A stretch of 64,000 nt of DNA from Collinsella sp. (GCA_047247485.1 JBKTTM010000006.1:197246-261245); one strand, 5' to 3'. Numbered from the stretch's first letter, positions 29,853 through 40,179 are shown. Program-made: numbers and translations. The notes: a model not told the origin generated them from the sequence alone.

Positions 29853-29992
29853 GATGAATCCTTCCGGGCAAGTTATAACATGCGCATAAGTTTACCCCCG
29901 CACACTGTTGATGCGGAGGTAAAACGTGTTAGCTCAGATGTATAGAAATGTAAGTAACGTCAGGCGAGCGTAAGGTCGATGGGCCTGGCTCC

Positions 29993-31078
29993 TTAAAGCG
30001 CGAAGGCGTCGACGTCGCCCCAGTGACGGCGCAGCGTGATGGCAGCAGCGGGCTCGGTATTGTCAAAGACGACCGACCATTGCGTGTTGCTGGTGTTGTC
30101 TTCCGGATTGGGCTCTTGCGCCGCAGCGCGTAGGGCTTTCCAAGCGACTGCCTCGTCTTGGGCGCCGGCATGGGCGTCGAGGACATCGGCGATGGCGACG
30201 GCGCGCTCTTTACCATGGCCCAGCTCGCCATTCTTTTGGTTGGGCAGCACTTCGTCACCATAGCAGGCGTAGAAGTTCGTAACCTGGCGTACGGGAGTCG
30301 CTTTGAAAGCGCGGTCCGGATCGTGCGGATCCCACTCTACTACGCGCGCGTCACCGGCGGCGTCGTTGATAAAGAAGTGATAATCGCGTCCGGCCATGGC
30401 GTGCATGTCGTAGGCGGAAAGCAGGTCTACGGCCTCCTGCGTGGTAGCCGCGCGGTCGAGCACAAGGCGGATGGCGAGCGAAGTGTTGATGACGGGGCGT
30501 TGCGTGTCCTGGTCACAGGGCTTGGAATCCAGGGTGAGTACGGCAATGGACACGCCGCATTCGTTAACACCGTCGAGCTGGGCAAACGGGCCCATGAGTG
30601 CGGCGGCACGTCTGGCGACGGAGTCAAGCGGAGTGTTATCGCCCAGGTTGTTAAGGGCGGCAAACCCGATGGAGGCATGGCCGCCACGTGGGTGATTGCG
30701 CACCAGCAGCGCCGAGGTGTCGTCCTTAAAGTCGTAATTGCGACCGGTGCGCACGCGGCCTTCGGCATCTACGGCGACAAAAGCGCTGCAGGCAAACTGC
30801 GGCGCTTGGACATGTGCCGGCACACCGGGCAGCACCTGCGCCACTATGGCATCGATGTAGGCCTGGTCGTCGCGCACGCCAGCGGCGATGATGCGGTCGA
30901 GGTCGTAGTCGTAAGCGATGTCGATTGCGTACAGGTCATAGCCATCCGCGTAGCCGGTCAAGCGTTTGAGCGACGCGACGGACTTGATTTGCTTGCGGTA
31001 AACGATGCCAGCGGCAGCGGCAAGGCCGACGGCGGTTCCTGCAACACCGCAGGCGATGGCAATGTTACGTGGCTTCAT
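29993..31078 (-). CDS. Ntn-hydrolase (choloylglycine hydrolase / linear amide C-N hydrolase family)
   Basis: Internal CSAF nucleophile context, GRNYD, LDGVNECGVSIA, VTNF and NTQWSVVFD; N-terminal hydrophobic anchor. Confidence 0.75.
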   Translation of the reverse strand: MKPRNIAIACGVAGTAVGLAAAAGIVYRKQIKSVASLKRLTGYADGYDLYAIDIAYDYDLDRIIAAGVRDDQAYIDAIVAQVLPGVPAHVQAPQFACSAFVAVDAEGRVRTGRNYDFKDDTSALLVRNHPRGGHASIGFAALNNLGDNTPLDSVARRAAALMGPFAQLDGVNECGVSIAVLTLDSKPCDQDTQRPVINTSLAIRLVLDRAATTQEAVDLLSAYDMHAMAGRDYHFFINDAAGDARVVEWDPHDPDRAFKATPVRQVTNFYACYGDEVLPNQKNGELGHGKERAVAIADVLDAHAGAQDEAVAWKALRAAAQEPNPEDNTSNTQWSVVFDNTEPAAAITLRRHWGDVDAFAL

Positions 31079-31239
31079 GACGGCTCCTCTCGTCCTGTTA
31101 GCGCAATTGTCGCAAAAGGAGCGCGGGCATGATGGCTCAACTTGGTGAGCGGCGCGGAATTAAGCACGGAATGAAGAGTGCGGCGCTGGCGTGGCGGGGT
31201 ATGCTGGAGGGGACCATCAACCCAGCGAAAGGGGAGAGC

Positions 31240-32625
31240 ATGACGGATCAGGAAACGCCCGAGCGCGTGCACGTGACGGCTGACGATATCGAGGCCGCCA
31301 ACGACCTTGTCGACTTTATCGAGGCATGCCCCAGCATGTTCCATACGGCGGCGACCATTATGGCCGAGCTCGACGAGGCGGGCTTTACCTACCTGCCCGA
31401 GAACGCGGCATGGGATATCGAGCCGGGCGGTCGTTACTACACGCAGCGCAATACCTCGAGCGTTGTTGCCTTTAAAGTGGGCGAGGACCTGGCCGCGACG
31501 TGGGGCGAGGACGGCGTTGCCGGTGACTATCATTTTCAGCTCACGGCGTCGCATAGCGATTCGCCGACGTTTAAGGTCAAGGCCGTGCCCGAGCTCGATG
31601 GCGCGGGCGAGACGCTGCGTCTGAACACCGAGGCCTACGGCGGCATGATCGACTACACCTGGTTCGACCGTCCGCTGGCACTCGCGGGCCGCGTACTGGT
31701 ACGCGAGGGCGACCGTATCGAGAGCCGCCTGCTCGCTACAGAGCGCGAGGTCGCCATTATCCCGAGTCTCGCCATCCACATGAACCGCGGCGTTAACGAG
31801 GGCTTTGCTCCCAACCGAGCCGTTGACCTGTGTCCGCTCATCAGCGCCGGCGAGCTTAAGCAGGGTGACTTCGATGCCCTGATCGCCGAAGAGCTGGATG
31901 TTGAGCCCGAGCAGATCCTGGGTCGCGACCTGTTCCTGGTCAATCGTCAGGATGCACGCATCTGGGGCTGGGCCGACGAGTTTATCTCGACGCCCAAGCT
32001 CGACGACCTGGCCTGCGCCTACACCTCGCTACAGGCATTTTTGGGTTCCGAGAACGCGCACGATGTCTCGCTCTTCTGCTGCTTTGATAACGAGGAGGTT
32101 GGCTCCGAGACCAAGCAGGGCGCCATGTCGACCTTCTTGGCCGACGCGCTGCGCCGCATCAACGGATCGCTGGGCTTTGACGACGAGTCGTACCATCGCG
32201 CCCTTGCCGCCTCGATGCTCGTGAGCTGCGACAACGCGCATGCCGTGCATCCCAACCATGCCGAGAAGTGCGATGCGCGCAACCAGGTTGTGCTCAACGG
32301 CGGCGTCGTCATCAAGGAAGCTGCCAACCAGCACTACTGCACCGATGCCTTTAGCCGCGCGGTGTTCCAGGCCATCTGCGATGACGCCGACGTGCCCACG
32401 CAGGCCTTCGCCAACAAGAGCGATATGGCGGGCGGCTCCACGCTCGGCAACCTGTCGAACATGCAGGCGAGCATGCACGCCGTGGACGTGGGCCTGCCGC
32501 AGCTGGCCATGCACTCAAGCTACGAGACCGGCGGCGTACGCGACGTGATGTACGCCATCCGCGCCCTCACCGCCTTCTACGAGCGCGACCTCCATATCAA
32601 CGGCGCCGAAAGCGTGGAACTCTAA
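31240..32625 (+). CDS. M18 family aminopeptidase
   Basis: SHSDSP, YGG, WFDR, LDD, FDNEEVGS, DNAHAVHPN and AMHS motifs. Confidence 0.92.
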   Translation: MTDQETPERVHVTADDIEAANDLVDFIEACPSMFHTAATIMAELDEAGFTYLPENAAWDIEPGGRYYTQRNTSSVVAFKVGEDLAATWGEDGVAGDYHFQLTASHSDSPTFKVKAVPELDGAGETLRLNTEAYGGMIDYTWFDRPLALAGRVLVREGDRIESRLLATEREVAIIPSLAIHMNRGVNEGFAPNRAVDLCPLISAGELKQGDFDALIAEELDVEPEQILGRDLFLVNRQDARIWGWADEFISTPKLDDLACAYTSLQAFLGSENAHDVSLFCCFDNEEVGSETKQGAMSTFLADALRRINGSLGFDDESYHRALAASMLVSCDNAHAVHPNHAEKCDARNQVVLNGGVVIKEAANQHYCTDAFSRAVFQAICDDADVPTQAFANKSDMAGGSTLGNLSNMQASMHAVDVGLPQLAMHSSYETGGVRDVMYAIRALTAFYERDLHINGAESVEL

Positions 32626-32669
32626 AACCTGCCAAAAAGGGATGTTAATTTTGGCAGGTTTTATCTGGG
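32624..32669 (+). repeat. REP-like palindrome, family A
   Basis: AAAACCTGCCAAAAAGGGATGTTAATTTTGGCAGGTTTTATCTGGG overlapping the peptidase stop codon. Confidence 0.8.
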
Positions 32670-32729
32670 CAAATGCCGCAACGCCAACGGCTGGACAGAA
32701 TTGTTATAACACCGCAGGTTGAGCAAACG

Positions 32730-32848
32730 TCAGCGAGCGATGTCCAGAGCGAACAAGTTGGCATGAAAAAGGCAAGGCATAGACCTTCTGGTCATGCCTC
32801 GCCTTTTGAATGACAAATTGTCGCTCTGGGCGGCGCGCAGCGTCGACC
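32730..32848. repeat. Long imperfect rod-like inverted repeat
   Basis: CCAGAGCGA...AAAAGGC-AAGGCAT / ATGCCT-CGCCTTTT...TCGCTCTGG nested pairing. Confidence 0.6.
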
Positions 32849-32877
32849 GGTCCGCCGTTCGTTAGAACGGCGGAACC

Positions 32878-33813
32878 CTAATGTTCAATCCAACAGCGCA
32901 GGGTCTCGCCGGCTTGCAGGTGACGCAGGTTTTCCGCGGCAATGTCGACCACATTGTTGAGCGTAGCCTCCAAGTGGAACCAGCCCGAGATATGCGGCGT
33001 AATGAGCATGTTAGGCGCATCCCACAGGGGGCTTGTCTCAGGCAGCGGCTCGGGGTCGGTGACGTCGACCGCGGCGCCGGCGAGATGTCCCGACTCCAGA
33101 GCGGCAACTAAATCGTCGGCAACCGCAAGATCGCCGCGGCCGCCGTTGGCAAAGAAGGCACCCGGCCTCATCGCGGCGAAGAACTCGGCGTTCGCCAGGC
33201 CGCGGGTCTCGGGCGTGCTGGGCATAAAGGATGCGACGACGTCCGCCTCGGCCAGGCGCTCAGGCAGGGCATCCATGCCGTCCATGTCCTCAAACACAAT
33301 GGGGTAGACGAGCGGATGGCGCTTGATGCCGCGGACGTGCGCACCCATACTGCGGCAGAGCGTGGCAAAGTGGCCGCCGATATCGCCCGCGCCCAGCACC
33401 AGCACGTTGGCGTTATTGAGCGAGGTAACCGGGCCCAAATCCTCCCAGCGATGCTCGCGCTGCAAGTCCTGGTAGCCGGGCAGGCGCTTCATCATGGAAA
33501 GGACCATGGCAAACATGTGCTCGCTTACGGCCTGGCCGTAGGCGCCCACCGAGCAAGACAATTTGGCGTCGACCGGCACGGTGCCGGCGGCCAAGTAATC
33601 GTCATAGCCAGCGGTCTGCAATTGCAACAGCTGGAGATGTTCGCATGCCGTGAGCATGTCAGGGTCGATGTTGCCCAAGATCACGTCGGCATCGGCGACC
33701 TGCTCGCGCGTGGCGGCGTCGGAGCTCGTGTAGATAAAGTCCTCGCCCGGAGCGCTCGACTCAAGAATTGCGCGATGGCGGTCATTGACGGGCAGCAAAA
33801 CCAGGATGTTCAC
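32878..33813 (-). CDS. D-2-hydroxyacid dehydrogenase
   Basis: GAGDIG Rossmann motif, NGGRG, DVTDPEP and ITPH; GTG start after GGAGAGGA. Confidence 0.9.
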   Translation of the reverse strand: MNILVLLPVNDRHRAILESSAPGEDFIYTSSDAATREQVADADVILGNIDPDMLTACEHLQLLQLQTAGYDDYLAAGTVPVDAKLSCSVGAYGQAVSEHMFAMVLSMMKRLPGYQDLQREHRWEDLGPVTSLNNANVLVLGAGDIGGHFATLCRSMGAHVRGIKRHPLVYPIVFEDMDGMDALPERLAEADVVASFMPSTPETRGLANAEFFAAMRPGAFFANGGRGDLAVADDLVAALESGHLAGAAVDVTDPEPLPETSPLWDAPNMLITPHISGWFHLEATLNNVVDIAAENLRHLQAGETLRCWIEH

Positions 33814-33832
33814 AAGCAGTCCTCTCCGCTCG

Positions 33833-33876
33833 ACCTGCCAAAAGGGGACAGGTTTATTTTGGCAGGTTTTATCAGG
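33833..33876 (+). repeat. REP-like palindrome, family A
   Basis: ACCTGCCAAAAGGGGACAGGTTTATTTTGGCAGGTTTTATC. Confidence 0.85.
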
Positions 33877-33943
33877 CAAAACGTTCAAATAAAAACGCCG
33901 GATGCAAGACGAGCGTGCCCGTCAGCATCCGGCGCATTCACGG

Positions 33944-34831
33944 CTACCAGCTCAGCAGCTCGTAGCCGTCCTCGGTCACCACGAGCTGTACCTCGCACTG
34001 GGCCGAATCGCTGCCGTCCTTGGTGCGCACGCACCAGCCGTCACCCTTGCTAATCTTGATGTCGGGCGATCCGGCATTGACCATGGGCTCGATGGTAAAG
34101 ACCATGCCCGGAGCCATGATGGTGTCCACATCGGGTGCCTCGGTGGTAAAGCCCACAAACGGGTCCTCGTGGAACTCCTTACCGATGCCGTGTCCGCCGT
34201 ACTCGCGCACCACGCTAAAGCCGGCGTCCTCGACCGTCTTTTGTACGGCCTCGGCCATAACGGACAGCGGCAGCCATGGCTTGACGGCTGCCAGACCCGC
34301 CTCCACGCTGGCGCGGGTGACGTCGACCAGGCGCTGGCGCTCGGCCGAGACCTCGCCGATGCAGAACATGCGGCTCGAGTCGCTAAAGTAGCCGTCTAGG
34401 ATCGTGGAGCAGTCCACGTTGATGATGTCGCCCTCGTGCAGCACGTCCGTATCGCAGGGGATGCCGTGGCAGACCACGTCATTGATCGAGGTGCACACGC
34501 TCTTGGGGTAGCCCTCGTAGTTGAGGTCGGCCGGCGTGCCACCGTGCTCGACGGTGTAGTCGTAGATCATCTGGTCGATCTGGTTGGTGGTCATGCCCGC
34601 GGCGATGTGCTCGCCTACGTAGTCGAGCACGCCCACGTTGATGGCAGCGGAGCGCTTGATGCCCTCGATGTCGGCGGGCGTCTTGTAGAGCGTGCGGGGC
34701 AGGACCTCCCAGCCCTCTTCCCACAAGCGCTCGAGGCGCTCATCAAAAGCGCTATGGCATTTCTTGTATTTCTTGCCGCTGCCGCACCAGCAAGCGTCGT
34801 TGCGGCCAGGCACGGGTCCTTTGTCATACAT
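33944..34831 (-). CDS. map: Methionine aminopeptidase with N-terminal SEC-C zinc motif
   Basis: GRNDACWCGSGKKYKKCH; CTSINDVVCHGIP, GHGIG..FHE and FTIEPM. Confidence 0.93.
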   Translation of the reverse strand: MYDKGPVPGRNDACWCGSGKKYKKCHSAFDERLERLWEEGWEVLPRTLYKTPADIEGIKRSAAINVGVLDYVGEHIAAGMTTNQIDQMIYDYTVEHGGTPADLNYEGYPKSVCTSINDVVCHGIPCDTDVLHEGDIINVDCSTILDGYFSDSSRMFCIGEVSAERQRLVDVTRASVEAGLAAVKPWLPLSVMAEAVQKTVEDAGFSVVREYGGHGIGKEFHEDPFVGFTTEAPDVDTIMAPGMVFTIEPMVNAGSPDIKISKGDGWCVRTKDGSDSAQCEVQLVVTEDGYELLSW

Positions 34832-34882
34832 GGCTAACTTCCTTTCATTCGCAGCTAGTATAGCCCACCCACGCGTCCATAA

Positions 34883-34951
34883 AAGTTGCGGTGATATAGT
34901 TCCGATTTAAGCGGTTTAACAGCACAAATAGGAACTATATCACCGCAACTG
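34883..34951. repeat. 69-bp palindromic repeat, family B, copy 3
   Basis: AAGTTGCGGTGATATAGTTCC...GGAACTATATCACCGCAACTG. Confidence 0.85.
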
Positions 34952-34991
34952 ATGGAGCGGGATGGCGGGTGCTAGCTGCTGCGTGGTTTTG

Positions 34992-35774
34992 CTAGTAGCT
35001 CACCTGGCAGGGAATGCCGAGGGCTTGGACGCGCGCGGCAATGGCGTCGAGCACCTCGGGCGCTGCTTTGGCAAGGCCGGCGACCGGTGTCTCGCGCGCC
35101 ACCGTGTAGATGGTCGCCTCCTGCGGGCGAATGCGCTCGAGCGCCGCGAGCCAAGGGCCGACGTACTCCTCGCCGGTGTTGTCGATGAGCTTGCCCTGAT
35201 ACTCGCCGGTCAAAAAGATCGTCTGGATAATGACATGACCGTCAAAGCTTGCGAACTTCTCAATCTGGTGCTCCACATCGTAGGGGCCAAAGGGCTGGTC
35301 GAGCAGCTGGATAAATGCCGGGTCGACCGTATCGAGCTTGAGGATGTTGTCGTCGACCATCATGAGCGCATCGTGTACCTGGGGACGGTCGGCGCGCGTG
35401 CCGTTGGAGAGCACGGCGATCTTGGAGTTTGGGGCAAGCTCGTCGCGCAGCGCGACGGCGCCGGCGATGGCCTGCGGAAACTCCGGTGCGGCGGTGGGCT
35501 CGCCGTTGCCGGCAAACGTGATTACATCGGGGAGCTCGCCCTCGGCTGCCATCTCGCGCAGCTTTGCCTCGAGCGCGTCGAGTACCACGGCAGCTGTGTT
35601 GTACGGCTCGTGGCAGGGGCGCTCGGCGTTGAGACCGTTCTCGCAGTAGATGCAGTCGAACGTGCAGATTTTGCCGCTGGCCGGCATCATGTTGACGCCG
35701 AGCGAGAGACCAAGGCGACGGCTACGAACGGGCCCAAAGATGGGGCTGGCATTCAAAAACGTAGACATAGGCAT
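34992..35774 (-). CDS. Radical SAM protein of unknown function
   Basis: FGPVRSRRLGLSLG, CTFDCIYC (CxxxCxxC) and GNGEPT. Confidence 0.85.
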   Translation of the reverse strand: MPMSTFLNASPIFGPVRSRRLGLSLGVNMMPASGKICTFDCIYCENGLNAERPCHEPYNTAAVVLDALEAKLREMAAEGELPDVITFAGNGEPTAAPEFPQAIAGAVALRDELAPNSKIAVLSNGTRADRPQVHDALMMVDDNILKLDTVDPAFIQLLDQPFGPYDVEHQIEKFASFDGHVIIQTIFLTGEYQGKLIDNTGEEYVGPWLAALERIRPQEATIYTVARETPVAGLAKAAPEVLDAIAARVQALGIPCQVSY

Positions 35775-35993
35775 ATGCTCCTCAAGACAATTAACCTTAA
35801 GCATAGCATTGGCTCCAACGTATGGTCCGGGCTTGTGCTTTGCAGGTTTCGTTTTTTAACTCTGCCTTCGATGCCGCGTCATGAAAGGTATCGGGTCGGG
35901 TACAGTTAATCTGTTAACAAGGCGTAAGGAAATGCGGGTCCATCCAACCGTACCGATGTACAACTGGATGGGCGTTGATGATGGGGGCACAAC

Positions 35994-36791
35994 ATGGATT
36001 TTACGGTCGAGAATGCGGGCGCCACGATCGCCTGCCGCGAGTATGCCGGCCCGGTTGTATCGTCCGATACACCCGCCTTGGTGTGCGTGCACGGCGCCTG
36101 CGTCGACGGTGTCTTTTTTGACGCCATCGCCCGCGAGCTCGCCTGTGACTGTCGCGTCATTGCCTACGACCGCCGCGGTTGCGGCGAGAGCGGCGACGCT
36201 GCAGACGGACGCTACGACCTCGCCGCCCAGGCCGCCGACCTGCAGGCCGTTATCGAGCATATTGGCGCTCCGGCAAACGTGCTCGCGCACAGTGCCGGTA
36301 CGTTGGTGGCCCTGGAGCTTCTCCGTGCAAACCCCGACATAATCTCGCGTGCGATTCTGCATGAACCCGCCGTGACGGATGAGGGCGCCGGCCTGGGCGC
36401 GGCCCCGGTTTTGCTCGAGATGATCGCCGCGGGAAAGGTCTCCAGGGCATTACGGGCCTTCCTGGGCGCCATCGGCGATTCGGATCCTGAGGCCCCCAAG
36501 TTAACCGAGGCAGAGGCCAAGCACGCCCTGCGCAACGGCCGCAGTTTCATGGCGAACGAATACGGGATTACTATGACCTGCATTCCCGATTGGGATAGTG
36601 TTCGTGCGTCAAAAACGGTGGCCGCCGTGCTCCTGGGTGAGCTCTCGATTGGTACGCCCCGCGAGGCGGGAACGAGGATAGCGGCTGAGCTTTTGGACTG
36701 TCCACTCGTAATGGTTCCCGGCGCGCACAACGGCCTGCGCGATCGCCCGGCAGCGGCTGCTCAGACTGTCCGTGGTATCCTGGGGCTCTAA
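35994..36791 (+). CDS. Alpha/beta-fold hydrolase
   Basis: VHG, YDRRGCGES, AHSAG nucleophile elbow, C-terminal GAH. Confidence 0.85.
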   Translation: MDFTVENAGATIACREYAGPVVSSDTPALVCVHGACVDGVFFDAIARELACDCRVIAYDRRGCGESGDAADGRYDLAAQAADLQAVIEHIGAPANVLAHSAGTLVALELLRANPDIISRAILHEPAVTDEGAGLGAAPVLLEMIAAGKVSRALRAFLGAIGDSDPEAPKLTEAEAKHALRNGRSFMANEYGITMTCIPDWDSVRASKTVAAVLLGELSIGTPREAGTRIAAELLDCPLVMVPGAHNGLRDRPAAAAQTVRGILGL

Positions 36792-37002
36792 CACCAGCAA
36801 TAGCCAAAACAGGCTTCACCCGCAAACGTTTCGGCTGTGTTAACAAATGTGCTCAAAACCTTACGTTTGCGGCTCCAATTGCGCCGTCTGCCAACTCATA
36901 AAAATGTAACGGCATTCACGTGCTTACCTGCATCGGCAAGGTGTTACCCTTATAACATTTGGAACCCACCGCTACTATGCGAAGCTATCGAAAGGGCCCC
37001 AT

Positions 37003-38883
37003 ATGCTCAATAATCACGAGGCCAATCTAACCGACGAGGAGGCTGCCGCCGAGGTCGCCCGCGTCGCGAAGACCTACCCCGTGGTGCGTTTGCTGTCGGC
37101 CGATCAGATTAAGAGCGAGCCTAACTGCTTGCTCGCCGGCGATCGCTGCCCTTGTCTGCGTCAGTCGAGTCTTGAGGCCTTGGCAGATTCGGGTGAGGTG
37201 TCGGAGCAACTGCTCAACGATGGTGTTGAGTACCGTGCCCGTCTGCGCCCTCTAAAGGTCGAGGGCGAGCCTCACGTCTTGCTGATGGTGCGTCCGATTG
37301 ATGAGCAAGAGGCCACAGAAGAGGACCTTGTCTACACCGACGTGCTGACGGGCGTGCGCAATCGCCGATATTACGAGGAAAAGCTCCGTGGCGCCCGCGT
37401 GAATGCCGGCGTTGCGATGATTGACCTTGATGATTTTAGGGCCTTCAACGATACGTGTGGCCGTCATGCCGGCGACCTTGCGCTCGGTGCTGTGGCGACA
37501 GCCATACGCAGCGGTATTCGTTCGACTGACGAGCTTGTGCGCTATGGCTGCGACAAGTTTGTGGCCGTCATGCCCGATATTCCCTCCGATGACTTCGCCC
37601 GTCGCCTGCGTCAGGTATCCGATGCCGTTCATTCCACGATTATTCCGGGCCATGAGTACGTGAGCTTGACGGCATGTGTTGGTGGCGTTCGCATTCATGG
37701 CGAGACGGTCGATGAGGGCGTTGACCGCGCTGTCCAGTTATTGAGCCGCGCTAAGGCAAAAGCCGGTACGGTCGTGACCGACGCCGATTCCATCGGGGCC
37801 TTCCAAAGCGAAAAGCCTTTGGTGCTTATTGTCGATGACTCCGAGATGAACCGAGCCATTCTCAGCGAGATGCTCAAGGACGAGTATTGCATCCTCGAGG
37901 CCGACCACGGTCGTGCGGCGCTCGACATGGTCGACCGCTATGGCGATGAGTTGTCGCTCGTGCTGCTGGATATTGTCATGCCGGGCGTAAGCGGCTTTGA
38001 GGTGCTGGCCGATCTGTCGCGCCGATCGGTTAGTGACAATCTGCCCGTCATCATGATTTCGAGCGAAGATTCCGATGATATGGTTCTGCGCGCGTACGAG
38101 CTGGGCGCCTCGGACTATATCAACCGCCCGTTTGACTCCCGTGTCGTGCGCCGCCGTGTAAGCAACACCATCCGCCTATACGCCAAGCAGCGCCGCCTGA
38201 CGAACCTGCTGTCCCAGCAGTACAACGAGCGCGTCAAGAACAGTCGCATGCTCATCGACATCATGGCCGGCGTCATGGAGCTTCGCAACGGCGAGAGCGG
38301 CAGGCACGTTACGAACATCGAGAAGCTGACCGAGCTGCTGCTTGGCTGTCTGGTCCAGCGTAGCGGCACGATCTCCCTCGACAATGAGGAACGCTCCACG
38401 ATCGCCCTGGCTTCGGCGCTGCACGATATCGGCAAGATGTCGATTGACGATGCGATTCTCAACAAGCCCGGACGCCTTACGCCCGAGGAGTTCGAGATTA
38501 TGAAGACGCATACCACGATCGGCGCCGACATGCTGCGTGAGCTGGGTAGCCATCACGCCGGCAATGCGCTTATGGAATATGCGTACCAGATTGCGCGTTG
38601 GCACCACGAGCGCTGGGACGGCAAGGGTTATCCCGATGGCCTTAAGGGCGACGAAATTCCCGTTGCCGCACAGGTGGTTTCGGTGGCCGACGTGTACGAT
38701 GCCCTGACGAGCGTGCGCGTGTACAAGGACGCTATCCCGCACGAGGAAGCGATCAAGATGATTCTGGACGGTAAGTGCGGCACCTTTAACCCGTTGCTGC
38801 TCGACTGTTTGCTCGAGGTGCAAGACCAAATTGCCGAGACGTTGGCACGCCCCGCCGATGTCGTCGCGTTTCCTACGATTTAG
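37003..38883 (+). CDS. Degenerate GGDEF - receiver - HD-GYP signalling protein (putative c-di-GMP phosphodiesterase)
   Basis: DVLTGVRNRR, IDLDDFRAFNDTCG and RYGCDKF; VDD...LLDIVMP receiver; HDIGK and HHERWDGKGYP. Confidence 0.87.
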   Translation: MLNNHEANLTDEEAAAEVARVAKTYPVVRLLSADQIKSEPNCLLAGDRCPCLRQSSLEALADSGEVSEQLLNDGVEYRARLRPLKVEGEPHVLLMVRPIDEQEATEEDLVYTDVLTGVRNRRYYEEKLRGARVNAGVAMIDLDDFRAFNDTCGRHAGDLALGAVATAIRSGIRSTDELVRYGCDKFVAVMPDIPSDDFARRLRQVSDAVHSTIIPGHEYVSLTACVGGVRIHGETVDEGVDRAVQLLSRAKAKAGTVVTDADSIGAFQSEKPLVLIVDDSEMNRAILSEMLKDEYCILEADHGRAALDMVDRYGDELSLVLLDIVMPGVSGFEVLADLSRRSVSDNLPVIMISSEDSDDMVLRAYELGASDYINRPFDSRVVRRRVSNTIRLYAKQRRLTNLLSQQYNERVKNSRMLIDIMAGVMELRNGESGRHVTNIEKLTELLLGCLVQRSGTISLDNEERSTIALASALHDIGKMSIDDAILNKPGRLTPEEFEIMKTHTTIGADMLRELGSHHAGNALMEYAYQIARWHHERWDGKGYPDGLKGDEIPVAAQVVSVADVYDALTSVRVYKDAIPHEEAIKMILDGKCGTFNPLLLDCLLEVQDQIAETLARPADVVAFPTI

Positions 38884-38907
38884 TTTGACCAAAGGAGTTT
38901 TTAATCC

Positions 38908-39264
38908 ATGATTTCCATGCGTGAGGCGTATGAGAAGATTGGCGCCAATTATGATGACGCGTGTGCTCGGCTGATGGGCGGGGAAATGCTTGCCCGCTTT
39001 GCCCTCAAGTTTTTAGATGACGAGAGCATGGACAAGTTGGAGGCTGCCATGGCGGCAGGAGACGCCGAGGAAGCGTTTATGGCAGCGCACACGCTCAAGG
39101 GCGTGAGCCAGAACCTGGGATTCGATAATCTGTACGAGCCGGCGGTCGTGGTAACCGAGGCGCTGCGCGGCGCCGATGCTGTTGACGGCGCTCGCGAGGG
39201 AATGCATGCGTTGCAGCAGCAATATGCGGCTACGATGTCGGCCCTGCGCGAGGCGGCCGAATAA
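38908..39264 (+). CDS. Stand-alone Hpt domain protein
   Basis: AAHTLKGVSQNLG Hpt motif; AAAGGAG RBS. Confidence 0.87.
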   Translation: MISMREAYEKIGANYDDACARLMGGEMLARFALKFLDDESMDKLEAAMAAGDAEEAFMAAHTLKGVSQNLGFDNLYEPAVVVTEALRGADAVDGAREGMHALQQQYAATMSALREAAE

Positions 39265-39369
39265 GAGCTTGCGGGCCTTGGGCTGCGTGCAGGCAGCATA
39301 TAGGTAAAATGGTGCCCCGTCGGACCATGTGGCCGGCGGGGCACCCTTATTTGTTGTGGGGTTCGCGAG

Positions 39370-40179
39370 CTAGCGCGCCTGCTTAACCTTTGCCGCCGCC
39401 TCGACAAACGACTTCCACAGGTTAAAGTCGGTCTCGAGCGTCTTCCACGTGTACTCAGGATGCCATTGCACGCCCAGGCAGAATGGCTGGCCTTCGACCT
39501 CGATGCACTCGGGAACGCCGTCGGTTGCCTTGGCGACCAAGCGCGTGCTTTTACCCAGACGGTCGACGCAGCAGTGATGTGCCGAGTTGGTCTGGATCAG
39601 CCTGTGCCCGCCAACCGCGCGCTCCAGCAGCGAGCCCGGCACGACCTCGACGGGGTGCACGGGATCGTTGAGCACGTGGGTATGGCGCCACTGCGTGCGG
39701 CCCTCGCGCGCACCCAGGCTCGGCACGTCCATGCACAGGGTGCCGCCGGTGGCGACGTTGAGCAGCTGCGTGCCGCGGCAGGTGGTAAAGAGCGGCTTTT
39801 TGGCGCGGAGCACCTCGCCGACCAGCTTAAACTCAAAGCTATCGCGGATCTCGCAGCAGAGGGTGGGGTCGTAGGGTCGATCATCGCCCCAACGTTTGGG
39901 ATTGACATCGGGGCCGCCGGGAATGGCGATGCCGTCGGCGATATCGACGTAATGACGGATAACCTCAATATCTTCGGTAATGGACATCTGCAGCGGCAGG
40001 CCGCCGGCGGCAAGGATGGCATCGACAAAGACGCTCGCGATCTCCTCGTTGGGGGAGAGCGTCTCGCTCAAAAACGGCTTCGCCTCTTCCCAGCGCGGCG
40101 CCACCAGGATGAGCGGACGGTCGGCGGGGGCGACGTCGACATGCGGGGTGTAGGACGATGAAGTGCGAGTTCCGATCAT
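39370..40179 (-). CDS. Gamma-glutamyl-gamma-aminobutyrate hydrolase family protein (peptidase C26)
   Basis: PGGPDV, CRGTQLLNVA, NSAHH and GVQWHPE. Confidence 0.88.
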   Translation of the reverse strand: MIGTRTSSSYTPHVDVAPADRPLILVAPRWEEAKPFLSETLSPNEEIASVFVDAILAAGGLPLQMSITEDIEVIRHYVDIADGIAIPGGPDVNPKRWGDDRPYDPTLCCEIRDSFEFKLVGEVLRAKKPLFTTCRGTQLLNVATGGTLCMDVPSLGAREGRTQWRHTHVLNDPVHPVEVVPGSLLERAVGGHRLIQTNSAHHCCVDRLGKSTRLVAKATDGVPECIEVEGQPFCLGVQWHPEYTWKTLETDFNLWKSFVEAAAKVKQAR

